Below are positions 1 through 9,354 of a DNA stretch of 64,000 nt, piece after piece. The notes under the pieces are model-generated. The model saw only the letters and a program-made list of their open reading frames with translations, did no database searches and was not told the origin of the DNA. Each line of letters begins with the position of its first letter. The stretch's first letter is position 1. A program made the position numbers and the translations under genes. Where the stretch lies: contig CAYSAM010000002.1 of the NCBI GenBank assembly GCA_964429015.1, forward strand, positions 25,158 to 89,157. The letters run 5' to 3'. This DNA comes from an uncultured Pseudomonadales bacterium. Lineage in GTDB: Bacteria; Patescibacteriota; Microgenomatia; UBA1400; MFAQ01.

Positions 1-428
1 CCAGACCGAAAATGTGTAGGGATTGACTCGGAAACAAACTGTTGTCCACCAAAACCCAAAAATTCATAATATACCCCCCAAACTGCCATTGCCACCAAAA
101 ACAAAGCAACAGCAGGCCAATAAGTGCTCCATAGAAGTAATCCACAAAAAATCAAGCTAGATCCAATGGCCAGTACAATCATTTTTTCTACGCTCACTTT
201 TTTCAAAAGTTGGGGTAAAAACAAGTCTGCTACAAACCCCACTACCGACGAAAACGAAATAATTATACCCATCAACCAGGGCTTACCGACTGATTCTTGT
301 ATATAAGCAGGGACCCAATCAGAGAGTATAGCGTCGCCCAAATATACAAAAAATAAAACCATTGAAACAGACATTACCTTACCCCAAAAACTCATTTTAA
401 GATCTCCCATCCCAAACTTTTTGTTCAT
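1..428 (-). CDS. MFS transporter, N-terminal part (runs off window start)
   Basis: Manual translation from ATG at 428: MNKKFGMGDLKMSFWGKVMSVSMVLFFVYLGDAILSDWVPAYIQ..., several hydrophobic helices, open to position 1; not in the ORF track because it is truncated. Confidence 0.65.
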   Translation of the reverse strand, partial: MNKKFGMGDLKMSFWGKVMSVSMVLFFVYLGDAILSDWVPAYIQESVGKPWLMGIIISFSSVVGFVADLFLPQLLKKVSVEKMIVLAIGSSLIFCGLLLWSTYWPAVALFLVAMAVWGVYYEFLGFGGQQFVSESIPTHFRS

Positions 429-454
429 TAATTAATACTATCAAAACCCCCAGT

Positions 455-481
455 CATCTACCATCTACCATCTACGATCTA
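455..481. repeat. 7-mer tandem repeat (CATCTAC/GATCTAC-type)
   Basis: catctac catctac catctac gatcta; contains the TAG stop of ORF 472..759. Confidence 0.75.
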
Positions 482-759
482 TTATCCCCTTCCTGCTTTA
501 GGCTTTTCACTTTCCACATAAACATTTTTGCTTTACTCCTAGCATTAGAATCTATCACAAAACTTTTTGCCTTTTCCAAAATTTCTCTAGGTGTGTTTTT
601 TGCCATGCGCATATATATAGGAGTATGTGCCGTATCATCCAAAGCCACAGCTAGGCGATAAGCATAATCCTGAAACTCTCTACTAATTCTTTTTTGCTTC
701 TCCTCATCTAGCTCATATCTATCCAACACGTTTATTAGTTTTGTAAATCCTGTATCCAT
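472..759 (-). CDS. hypothetical protein (95 aa)
   Basis: Clean ORF, TATAAT 7 nt upstream of ATG; no recognised family. Confidence 0.75.
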   Translation of the reverse strand: MDTGFTKLINVLDRYELDEEKQKRISREFQDYAYRLAVALDDTAHTPIYMRMAKNTPREILEKAKSFVIDSNARSKAKMFMWKVKSLKQEGDNRS

Positions 760-810
760 ATTGCCAATTATATTTTATTTCTCTAGTCTTTATAATGAAC
801 ATGCCCTCCT

Positions 811-2622
811 ATGAAAATCAAAAATCTTAATCTTGCTAACTTAAAAAAATTCCTCAAAACTTACACCTCTACCATAGCTCTCGCTTGGGCAACCAACAAA
901 AAATACTTTCTCTTTATTACCCTTGCTGGTGCCTTAGAGGGATTATTGGTATATCCAGAACTTTTAATCACCAAAAACATTACTGACAACGTTCTCAAAG
1001 GCATTAGTACCTCAAATTACACAGACCCACTAAGAATAATCATCACTCTTACCTTAATCACCATTATTATCAATCAAATTCAGCAACTAATTTACGATTA
1101 TGCCGACGTTTACTCCAATACTCTCTCCGGATTAATCAAGGAAACCATTAATATCAACATTAGTCGCAAAATTAACTCTCTCCCTGTTTCTCAAGCAGAA
1201 AATCCAGAAATAAGAAATACTTTCCAAAAAGTCCAAGATGCCTCTGGCACTGCTGTCTGGGCTATCACCACCCCACTTAGTACTTTTCCTACCATTTTTT
1301 TCGGCCTAATTAGCTCTGCAATTCTTATTTTCAAATTTAACTTTTTAATTACCATACCCGCCATTTTATTCGCCTTACCTCGTATTAGCTTTGGTATAAA
1401 AAGAACTGCAGCTTGGCGCGCAATAAGAAACAAGTACTCATCCATGTGGAGAATTTGGGGTGCCCTAGACGATTTCGCCAACAAAGGCCGCTACTTATAC
1501 GAAAACAAAATACTAGGCCACGTCAACACCCTCCTCAATCGTCGCCTCAAGCTTACCATCCAGTACTTCAAAGAAACCGAAAAACACAAACTAAAGTACA
1601 GTAAGATGCAACGTCTTTACTCTGCCCCTTTGATTATTTTCGAAAATAGCACCAAATTATATTTATTTTTTCTAGCCATGACCAAGGCTATGAGTTTAGG
1701 AACTGCTCAAGCCACCAACTCTTCCATCAATCGTTTTATTAATTACATAAGTAGACTAATTAGAGAAACCAGCGATCTTTACCAAAATTACACTTTTATT
1801 AACGACTACGAAAACTTTATCAATCTGGCCGACGAAGAGTCAACCGGAATTAACATTGACCAACAAATTCAAACAGGTCTTGTTTTCAAAAACGTTTGGT
1901 TCAAATATCAAAGCTCACCAGACTGGAATTTAAAAAACCTATCATTCAACATAAATCCCACAGAAAACATCGCCATCGTCGGTGAAAATGGAGCAGGCAA
2001 AACAACCCTCATAAAACTTATCTGTCGCTTTTACAAACCCCAAAAAGGCCAAATTACTTTAAACGGAATAGATATCTACGACTACGATCTCGCCTCATAC
2101 AGACAAGCTATTGCTGCCCTCTTTCAAGATTTTGCCCAATATCCTTTTTCTACAAAAGACAATATCCATTTTGGTGACGTCAAGAAAAAACTAAGAATGA
2201 AAGATATCAAAAAAGCTGCCAAGTATACAGACATGCAACACTTTATCGAAAAACTGCCTCTAAAATACAACAATCCCTTAGACAAAGAATTTGCCAAAGG
2301 TATAGAGCCTAGCAAGGGGCAATGGCAAAGAATCGCCCTGTCTAGAACTTTGTATAGAGATGCCCATATTGTTATCTTAGACGAACCTACAAGCAACGTA
2401 GACCCCGAATCCGAAGAAAAAATCTTTGAGTCGGTGATGAAGATTGATAAAGACAAAATGATCTTCCTAGTTTCACACCGTTTTAGCACCGTAAGAAAGG
2501 CAGACAAAATTCTAGTAATAGAACAAGGCGTTTTAGTGGAAGAAGGAAAACACGACAAACTCATGAAAAACAAATCTCGCTACTACGAACTCTTTAATCT
2601 ACAAGCTCAAAGCTACCAATAG
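811..2622 (+). CDS. ABC transporter, fused permease/ATP-binding (exporter type)
   Basis: N-terminal TM helices; Walker A GENGAGKT, signature-like PSKGQWQR, Walker B IVILDEPT, H-loop SHR. Confidence 0.93.
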   Translation: MKIKNLNLANLKKFLKTYTSTIALAWATNKKYFLFITLAGALEGLLVYPELLITKNITDNVLKGISTSNYTDPLRIIITLTLITIIINQIQQLIYDYADVYSNTLSGLIKETININISRKINSLPVSQAENPEIRNTFQKVQDASGTAVWAITTPLSTFPTIFFGLISSAILIFKFNFLITIPAILFALPRISFGIKRTAAWRAIRNKYSSMWRIWGALDDFANKGRYLYENKILGHVNTLLNRRLKLTIQYFKETEKHKLKYSKMQRLYSAPLIIFENSTKLYLFFLAMTKAMSLGTAQATNSSINRFINYISRLIRETSDLYQNYTFINDYENFINLADEESTGINIDQQIQTGLVFKNVWFKYQSSPDWNLKNLSFNINPTENIAIVGENGAGKTTLIKLICRFYKPQKGQITLNGIDIYDYDLASYRQAIAALFQDFAQYPFSTKDNIHFGDVKKKLRMKDIKKAAKYTDMQHFIEKLPLKYNNPLDKEFAKGIEPSKGQWQRIALSRTLYRDAHIVILDEPTSNVDPESEEKIFESVMKIDKDKMIFLVSHRFSTVRKADKILVIEQGVLVEEGKHDKLMKNKSRYYELFNLQAQSYQ

Positions 2623-3120
2623 CTCGTCACAGGCCTCATCTAGCAAGTCAGCAATCTCCTCTTGTTCTTCTGTAGTGAAACGAGACAAAACATAGTCAGA
2701 CCCACTTCCCCCAAAACTATTTTTATCTCTATTGTTTATACCAACACGTAGTCTCAAAAAGTCTTTTCCTCCCAAGTATTGTTCAACCGAATTAACTCCA
2801 TTATGCACTTTGGGACCAACCCCCTTTTGAATCTTGTACTCCCCAAAATCAATATCCAAATCATCATGTACCACTACCACATCGCTTACACTAAGTTTGT
2901 AAAAGTCGCAAATTTTTCTTACCGCTCGTCCCGATTCATTCATAAAAGTAGTTGGTTTACAAAGTAACATATCGCCCACTTTGCATATTTCTGCCTCAAA
3001 CTTACTATCAGGTCTAGCAATCTGCCCAGCAAGTAGCTTGTCAACAGCCATAAACCCCACGTTATGTCGGGTGTTCACATATTCTTTGCCTATATTTCCT
3101 AGTCCCACAATTAGTTTCAT
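2599..3120 (-). CDS. pth: peptidyl-tRNA hydrolase
   Basis: MKLIVGLGN...TRHNVGF, KPTTFMNESG, HDDLD, HNG motifs; start moved to ATG at 3120. Confidence 0.96.
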   Translation of the reverse strand: MKLIVGLGNIGKEYVNTRHNVGFMAVDKLLAGQIARPDSKFEAEICKVGDMLLCKPTTFMNESGRAVRKICDFYKLSVSDVVVVHDDLDIDFGEYKIQKGVGPKVHNGVNSVEQYLGGKDFLRLRVGINNRDKNSFGGSGSDYVLSRFTTEEQEEIADLLDEACDELLVALSL

Positions 3121-3159
3121 CTTTTTGCTATCGTAATATACAATTGATTTTATCATTCT

Positions 3160-4011
3160 ATGAACCAAAGACCATTTTTCTCTATCATTATCCCGGCTCT
3201 CAACGAGGAAAAATACCTCCCCAAATTACTCAATGATCTCGCCAAACAAACCTACCAAGACTTCGAGGTTATCGTTGTCGACGGAAATTCAGATGATCAA
3301 ACCTCCACAAAAGCAAAGGAGTTTTCCAAAGACATCTCACTTCTAAAAGTCTTAACTTCCCCCGAAAGAAACGTTTCCGTCCAAAGAAATATGGGGGCCA
3401 AAACATCTCAAGGAGAGTATCTTATTTTTAGTGATGCCGACAACCGCCTTCCCAAATATTTTTTAGAAGGTATTCACTATCAGTTAATGTTCAAACCAAC
3501 AGATGTTTTTACTTGCTGGGTCCTCCCCGAAACCAACAACCAAAAGGATAAAACCATAGCAACCAGCCTCAACCTACTATTAGAAGCGGGCCTACTATCA
3601 AAAAACCCCAACGCTCTTGGTGCTATGATTGGATGCAAGAAATCAGTTTTCAAAAAAACAACCGGATTTGATCCAAAAATTGGCTTTGCAGAAGATGCTG
3701 ATTTCGTAAGAAGAACATATAAAGAAGGTTATTCTTTTAGAGTTATTCACAATCCTCGCTTTATTGTTTCCTTGCGCCGATATCATAGTCACGGAACATT
3801 TAATGTTATTCAAAAATCAGCGTCCCTAATACTAAAATATCTCACCAAACAACCAATTGATCAAAAACGAGAATACCCCATGGGTGGAATGGCTTTCCAA
3901 AAATCATCTGAAGACAACTTGATAAGCAAACTAAACCTTTTCCTCAACACTCCAATCAAAAAGCCAAAAATTCTCGATAAACTTCAGTCACTATTAGAAC
4001 TAGAAGACTAA
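3160..4011 (+). CDS. glycosyltransferase family 2
   Basis: SIIIPALNEE, VIVVDGNSDD, FSDAD, FAED motifs. Confidence 0.92.
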   Translation: MNQRPFFSIIIPALNEEKYLPKLLNDLAKQTYQDFEVIVVDGNSDDQTSTKAKEFSKDISLLKVLTSPERNVSVQRNMGAKTSQGEYLIFSDADNRLPKYFLEGIHYQLMFKPTDVFTCWVLPETNNQKDKTIATSLNLLLEAGLLSKNPNALGAMIGCKKSVFKKTTGFDPKIGFAEDADFVRRTYKEGYSFRVIHNPRFIVSLRRYHSHGTFNVIQKSASLILKYLTKQPIDQKREYPMGGMAFQKSSEDNLISKLNLFLNTPIKKPKILDKLQSLLELED

Positions 4012-4976
4012 TACTTTCCGAGCAAAAACTGTAGACCTACAAACATCATATATACCCCAATCAAGGTTAAACCCTCCCAGCGCTCAAGTTTACGCTTAGA
4101 CTTTGTAAATACCCAAAACAGTCCAAGTATTAATATCAAAAACAATCCTGAAAGTCCTTTTCCCACAGAAGACTCAAAAGCAATAGGTGAAATCATACCT
4201 ACAATTCCCAATATAAAGGTTGAGTTTACTATTACACTCCCCAAAATATTCCCAAGCAAAAGTGAAGTATCTCTCTTTTCCGAAGCAAATATTGACAATG
4301 TAAGTTCTGGTAAAGTAGTCCCAAAAGAAACAACCAATAACCCAACCCAGTATGCGTTTACCCCAAAGTTTTTTGACAAGCCCAACGCCACATCTATTAG
4401 ATAATGCGAAGCAACAGCCATTGACACCAAAACAAAAAGTAACAGTAAAACATGTCCAATCCACGAACCCACACTTTTAATCTTTGTCTTCACTATTTTA
4501 TGTCTTTTAAGTCTACTATGTTTCAAAACATCTGCTTCTGCCACCATGCTTTTTGCGTAAAACATGTAAGCTATTACCAAAAGTAAACCATCAAGTCTAC
4601 TGAGCCTTCCATCCACCATAAGCAAAAAAGGCAACATCGACATTCCCATGGCCATCCATAAATCTCTACGCAAATAATCTCCCACCACAGGTATAGTCCC
4701 TGCCACAACAGCTGCCCCTCCCACAATCCAGCTTAGGTTTGCAAGATTCGCTCCAATTAAATTTCCAAGTGCAATCTGTGGCTCACCCTTTAAAGCTGAG
4801 GCAATTCCTACTGAAAACTCTGGCAATGACGTCGAAAAACTTACCAAAAAAGTAGCCAACAACAATTTATTTATCTTAACTTCGTGAGCAATTTTTTCAA
4901 AAATATCTACCGCCACACCAGAAAAAAACACCAATATCAAAATCAATAATATTCCCCAAAAAACTTCTCCTAACAT
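4008..4976 (-). CDS. Ca2+/Na+ antiporter (CaCA/YrbG family)
   Basis: Two alpha repeats STSLPE...GNLIGAN and GTTLPE...GNILGS; about 10 TM helices. Confidence 0.9.
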   Translation of the reverse strand: MLGEVFWGILLILILVFFSGVAVDIFEKIAHEVKINKLLLATFLVSFSTSLPEFSVGIASALKGEPQIALGNLIGANLANLSWIVGGAAVVAGTIPVVGDYLRRDLWMAMGMSMLPFLLMVDGRLSRLDGLLLVIAYMFYAKSMVAEADVLKHSRLKRHKIVKTKIKSVGSWIGHVLLLLFVLVSMAVASHYLIDVALGLSKNFGVNAYWVGLLVVSFGTTLPELTLSIFASEKRDTSLLLGNILGSVIVNSTFILGIVGMISPIAFESSVGKGLSGLFLILILGLFWVFTKSKRKLERWEGLTLIGVYMMFVGLQFLLGKY

Positions 4977-4995
4977 AACTTAATTAAAGCACACT

Positions 4996-5631
4996 TTACT
5001 TTTTCTTTCTCTTGGCAACTTCCACAAATATAGGAACTACTGACACAGCAATTATTCCCAAAACCATATAGTGAAAGTTTTCTTTTACTACTGGCAAGTT
5101 TCCAAACAAAAACCCACCACCCAAAAACAAAGTAACCCACAAAAACCCACCAACCAAGTTGTATTTTATAAAATCCCCGTAGTGCATCTTACTTATACCT
5201 GCCACAAATGGTGCAAAAGTGCGAACAATTGGCACAAAACGAGCAAAAACAATTGCTTTACCACCATGTTTAGCATAAAACTCTTCTGCTTGTTCTAAAT
5301 ACTCCTTTTTAAATATTTTACTTCTGCCATCAAAAACACTTTTCTCAAATTTATCCCCAATCCAATAATTTACAGTGTCACCAACAATTGCTGCTATAAG
5401 CAGTAAAGGATATAGAAGCCAAAAATTAAAACTACCTAACGCCGCCAAAGCACCAGAAGCAAAAAGCAAAGAATCTCCAGGCAAAAATGGAGTCACTACA
5501 AACCCTGTTTCCATAAAAACAACTAAAAATAAAATTCCATAAGTCAAAAAGCCATATTGGTTAGTTACCATAGCTAAGTTCTTATCTATATGCAAAAATA
5601 TATCTACCAGCTTTTTTATTGTTTCCATCAT
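4996..5631 (-). CDS. DedA family membrane protein
   Basis: ETGFVVTPFLPGDSLLF, GDTVNY, ARFVPIVRTFAPFVAG. Confidence 0.95.
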   Translation of the reverse strand: MMETIKKLVDIFLHIDKNLAMVTNQYGFLTYGILFLVVFMETGFVVTPFLPGDSLLFASGALAALGSFNFWLLYPLLLIAAIVGDTVNYWIGDKFEKSVFDGRSKIFKKEYLEQAEEFYAKHGGKAIVFARFVPIVRTFAPFVAGISKMHYGDFIKYNLVGGFLWVTLFLGGGFLFGNLPVVKENFHYMVLGIIAVSVVPIFVEVAKRKKK

Positions 5632-5656
5632 CCTTATATTCTAATACAGACGACAA

Positions 5657-5722
5657 CATCTGTAATCTGTAATCTGTAACCTGTAATCTGTGATCTGTAA
5701 TCGATCTACGATCTACGATCTA
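5657..5722. repeat. 7-mer tandem repeat (AATCTGT then GATCTAC units)
   Basis: About 9 degenerate units between ligase and dedA; supplies the ligase TAG stop. Confidence 0.85.
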
Positions 5723-7465
5723 AATCATTATATTCCCCGATATCTTCGCAATTCTCAACACTTCCTCCCAAGTCGTTGCTTGCTCAGATGCCTTGTCATC
5801 TCTAAATCGAACAAGCCTGGGAAACCGTAGAGCTAATCCTCCAGAGTGAGAAGGGCTTTTGGTAACCTCGTCTGCTGCAATCTCCACCACCACTTTAGGG
5901 CTCACCCACACATCGGGAGCCAAGCTTCCTTCTACCAAACAATTTTCTGGTTTTGTCACAACCTCCAAATTATCCAATCTTTTTCTAAGCTCCGTAAACT
6001 CTATGTCAGTTAAGCCAGTTCCAATCTTAGCAATCGACACCCACAAGTCACCCTTTTTAAGCCCGGCCAAAAATGCTCCCATACCAAATCCTGCTCGCTT
6101 CCCCCTACCGTAGTAATAACCCAAAACCACAAGGTCAAAAGTATCCGCCAATTTCCCACTTGTTCCTTCTGCCTCCTTAATTTTTACCCAGTTCCATCCT
6201 TGTCTACCAGGCAAATACTCACCACTCCACATCTTCATTACCGCCCCCTCATATCCCTCCTCCAAAAATCGAGTATGAATTTCTTCTAGTTCTACTGGGT
6301 CATTAGTTTTAACAAATTCATCCACTACCAAAACATCATTTTTCAAAATTATTTTCTTTAGTATCTCTCTCCTTTCAAAGTAGTTTTTCGAAAGCAAGCT
6401 TTCTCCGTTACAATACAAAACATCAAAAACAAAAAACCTCAAGGGAACACTAGCTGCGGCTTCCTCTACCCCATGCTTTCGCTTTCTTGTTATTGTCTCC
6501 TGAAAATTTAATATTCTTCCAGTCTTAGGATCATAACCAACAGCCTCGCAGTCCAAAATTAGTTCATCTGCATTTGTATACTCGGCCATTTTTTTAAGTT
6601 CCGGAAACATAGCACTACTCTCCTCCAAATTTCTAGTGAATGATTTCACCATACGTCTGTCATCTGTAATCTGTAAACTGTGATCTACATTTCTATCAAA
6701 ATGTATCTGCACTCTTGTCCCATCATACTTTGGTTCAATCGCTACTTCCCCCATATTTTTCACTATCTCTTCATATGTGTTAAGTCTTTGACATAGAGCT
6801 GGTACTATTGGAACGCCCACTTTTACTTTAATTTTTTTTAGTCCGTCCAAGCCCGCCTCTTTAAAAGCTCTCACTATCTCACCGGAGTCCGGATAAAGCT
6901 GATAAACTCTGTCTAGCTCTTTTCGCAAAGACTTATTTCCACTTTCTATCTGCGACAATGCATCAAAAACCGTCTTTTCCGAAAATCCCAAACGCAGCTT
7001 ACCCATCACCATTCGTACTACAAACTTTCCCTCCAAAAACGATAATTTGTTTATAAGCTTCGATAGTTTATTTACTTTCAACTCTTGGCTACCAGTACCC
7101 TCAAAGTAAGCTATTTCACTCAAGTCATCAAATACTTCATCCAAACTAATACTCTGTATTTTTTTGTCTTCTCCAAAATTTACTACCACTTCACCCAAAT
7201 CTCCAACTCGTTTATATTCTTTTTCCACCTCTTCAGTACTTTTGCCAAAGGCCAAGGCCACAGATCGAATCACCATCTTAGCTGCCATACTAAATTCTCT
7301 GTTATCAAATATCGGCCCCAACAAGCCCTGAGTCAAATAGATACCTTTGGCTGCCTCACCAACCTCAAATTTCCCAATAAGATCAGCAAGCACCACAGTA
7401 ATCTCTAGTCGAGATGAAATCTTTTCTAGTTTTTCTAAGTACTCTGCAAATTCTCTAAACAACAT
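5720..7465 (-). CDS. lig: ATP-dependent DNA ligase (archaeal/eukaryotic-like architecture)
   Basis: EPKYDGTRVQIH adenylation motif, FVFDVL, EGAVMK, WVKIK, LRFPR; N-terminal DNA-binding domain. Confidence 0.95.
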   Translation of the reverse strand: MLFREFAEYLEKLEKISSRLEITVVLADLIGKFEVGEAAKGIYLTQGLLGPIFDNREFSMAAKMVIRSVALAFGKSTEEVEKEYKRVGDLGEVVVNFGEDKKIQSISLDEVFDDLSEIAYFEGTGSQELKVNKLSKLINKLSFLEGKFVVRMVMGKLRLGFSEKTVFDALSQIESGNKSLRKELDRVYQLYPDSGEIVRAFKEAGLDGLKKIKVKVGVPIVPALCQRLNTYEEIVKNMGEVAIEPKYDGTRVQIHFDRNVDHSLQITDDRRMVKSFTRNLEESSAMFPELKKMAEYTNADELILDCEAVGYDPKTGRILNFQETITRKRKHGVEEAAASVPLRFFVFDVLYCNGESLLSKNYFERREILKKIILKNDVLVVDEFVKTNDPVELEEIHTRFLEEGYEGAVMKMWSGEYLPGRQGWNWVKIKEAEGTSGKLADTFDLVVLGYYYGRGKRAGFGMGAFLAGLKKGDLWVSIAKIGTGLTDIEFTELRKRLDNLEVVTKPENCLVEGSLAPDVWVSPKVVVEIAADEVTKSPSHSGGLALRFPRLVRFRDDKASEQATTWEEVLRIAKISGNIMI

Positions 7466-7494
7466 ACTGCTAGTATACCAACTCTACTACGGTG

Positions 7495-9306
7495 TCATTT
7501 CACCACACTAACAGATTTTGTAGCAACATTACCCTTATTGTCAGTAACAGTTACCTTTATGGTGTGCGAACCCTTTGAAATATTCCAAGTTACCTTCGAG
7601 TATTCACAAACTGTTACCCTAGTACAAGTCTTAACTTTTGTGGAGTCAAAATAAATACTTATTGTTTTTATACCACTAGAATCACTTGCCGTTGATTTAA
7701 TCAAAAACTTGCTCACTCCACTTATATTCGTACCATTTACTGGTTTAGAAATAGTCACCACAGGTGCTTGAGTATCCGAAGTTGTAGGTGTTGGAGTCAC
7801 GGTTGTTGTTGGAATAGTTGTTGTTCCGCAAGGAAATGCCCCTACATAAGTACCATTCTCACCAGCGTTACAAGCGGGAGATAAAGGGTCTAGATGAAAA
7901 TTACCAAGCGCTGCATTCACAAACAAAGGTTTAGAAGTATCCTGAATCGTACTGTGCATATCTAATCCATACCTCTGCTGCCACTCTAAAAATGTTAAAT
8001 ATGTAAACGCAGAAGATCCTGTAGTAGCCAAGTTAGTCTTATCTTGTAGTATAAAACGCCCAACAGGAGAATAAAAATTATAATCCATCTTTGTACCAGT
8101 TGTTTTTATATTCATATTTATTGCGTTTTTATTCACAACAATATTATTTTTTACAGTCCAGTTATTGGACGGCCATGCATCTACTGGGTAGTACTCACCA
8201 ATTCCAATTCCAGAGTACATACCAGTAGAGTTTGTTGCGTAGTAAATTGTATTATTATTGACCGTTAATCCCGTTTGGCCTGTAGAAGTTATTCCAACAT
8301 TTAATGTGCCAAACATTACATTGTTACGAATTATCGTATGTGTATCTTTGTCTCGCCACTCAAGCTTACCCGCAGTAAAAAAGTCTGGTCCATTTCCAGT
8401 TCCACTTACGTGAATAGCAATATTTTGGTTTTTGAAAGTATTCCACTCAACCACAGAGTCAAAAGCGTTTTCTAATTCAATACCCATATCACAATTAGTA
8501 AATGAATTGTTTTTAATCAAAAAACGAGTAACTGGAGTACCAGCGCCATCAGCATCAACACATTTTCCAGAATCGTGAATATTATTTCCATCAATCACAA
8601 TATTGTCTGTTCTATCCATCGACCAAATACCACGGTTGGAATAACCGTAGATATTATTATTGCGGTATGTGTTGTTATAGCTAGTTGCATACCAATCCTG
8701 CACGCCATTTTCCCAATAATTCTTTCCGTTAAACTCACAATTTTCAACAAGGTTGTCATGACCATAATACTTAAGATTACCCTCCACGTAGCAATTTCGG
8801 ACAATAAAACCATTATTTCCAAGAGTTTTGTCGGTGGCACTCCAAGTTGTTCCCTGGCCAAAATACAAAGTTGCTAAATTACCAGTATTGGCAGTCGAAA
8901 TAAACCTAAATCCGTCAATAATATAATAGTGAACATTATTAGTTGTCACTATTGTTTTTTCTGAGCCCGAGTTTACAGTACATCCTTTTTGAGTTGCGCA
9001 CCTTAGTGTAACTGGGGCAGTAGCTACACCTGAATTTTTAATAGTTAAAGATTCGTTATATATACCACTGGCAACCTCACACATTTCACCTGCTTTCACC
9101 ATATTTAAACACTTTTGTATTGTCTTAAAAGGCAAGGCAGATGTGCCTGTGTTAGTATCGCTCCCTGTCGAGGAAACGTAATATGTGGTTGTAGATAGAC
9201 CAAGAACACTCCTAAATCTAGAATACCTAAAAACAAAAAATACCAAACATATGAAAAAAACAGTCAAAACTAAAAAATAACCATCAACTTTCTTTTTCTT
9301 AGCCAT
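7495..9306 (-). CDS. membrane-anchored right-handed beta-helix protein with C-terminal Ig-like domain
   Basis: N-terminal TM; YYVSSTGSDTNTGT..PFKTIQ motif; Asn-rich parallel beta-helix repeats; Thr/Pro linker; DTQAPVVTISKP...GSHTIKVTVTDNKGN Ig-like end. Confidence 0.8.
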   Translation of the reverse strand: MAKKKKVDGYFLVLTVFFICLVFFVFRYSRFRSVLGLSTTTYYVSSTGSDTNTGTSALPFKTIQKCLNMVKAGEMCEVASGIYNESLTIKNSGVATAPVTLRCATQKGCTVNSGSEKTIVTTNNVHYYIIDGFRFISTANTGNLATLYFGQGTTWSATDKTLGNNGFIVRNCYVEGNLKYYGHDNLVENCEFNGKNYWENGVQDWYATSYNNTYRNNNIYGYSNRGIWSMDRTDNIVIDGNNIHDSGKCVDADGAGTPVTRFLIKNNSFTNCDMGIELENAFDSVVEWNTFKNQNIAIHVSGTGNGPDFFTAGKLEWRDKDTHTIIRNNVMFGTLNVGITSTGQTGLTVNNNTIYYATNSTGMYSGIGIGEYYPVDAWPSNNWTVKNNIVVNKNAINMNIKTTGTKMDYNFYSPVGRFILQDKTNLATTGSSAFTYLTFLEWQQRYGLDMHSTIQDTSKPLFVNAALGNFHLDPLSPACNAGENGTYVGAFPCGTTTIPTTTVTPTPTTSDTQAPVVTISKPVNGTNISGVSKFLIKSTASDSSGIKTISIYFDSTKVKTCTRVTVCEYSKVTWNISKGSHTIKVTVTDNKGNVATKSVSVVK

Positions 9307-9354
9307 AAGACCAATATACTCGGGTTTATTTCTTTTTGCTAGACAAAAAATTTA

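Noticed and set aside
5657-5722. Tandem repeats as a CRISPR array
   Set aside because: Units are 7-8 nt with no unique spacers, and there are no cas genes in the window
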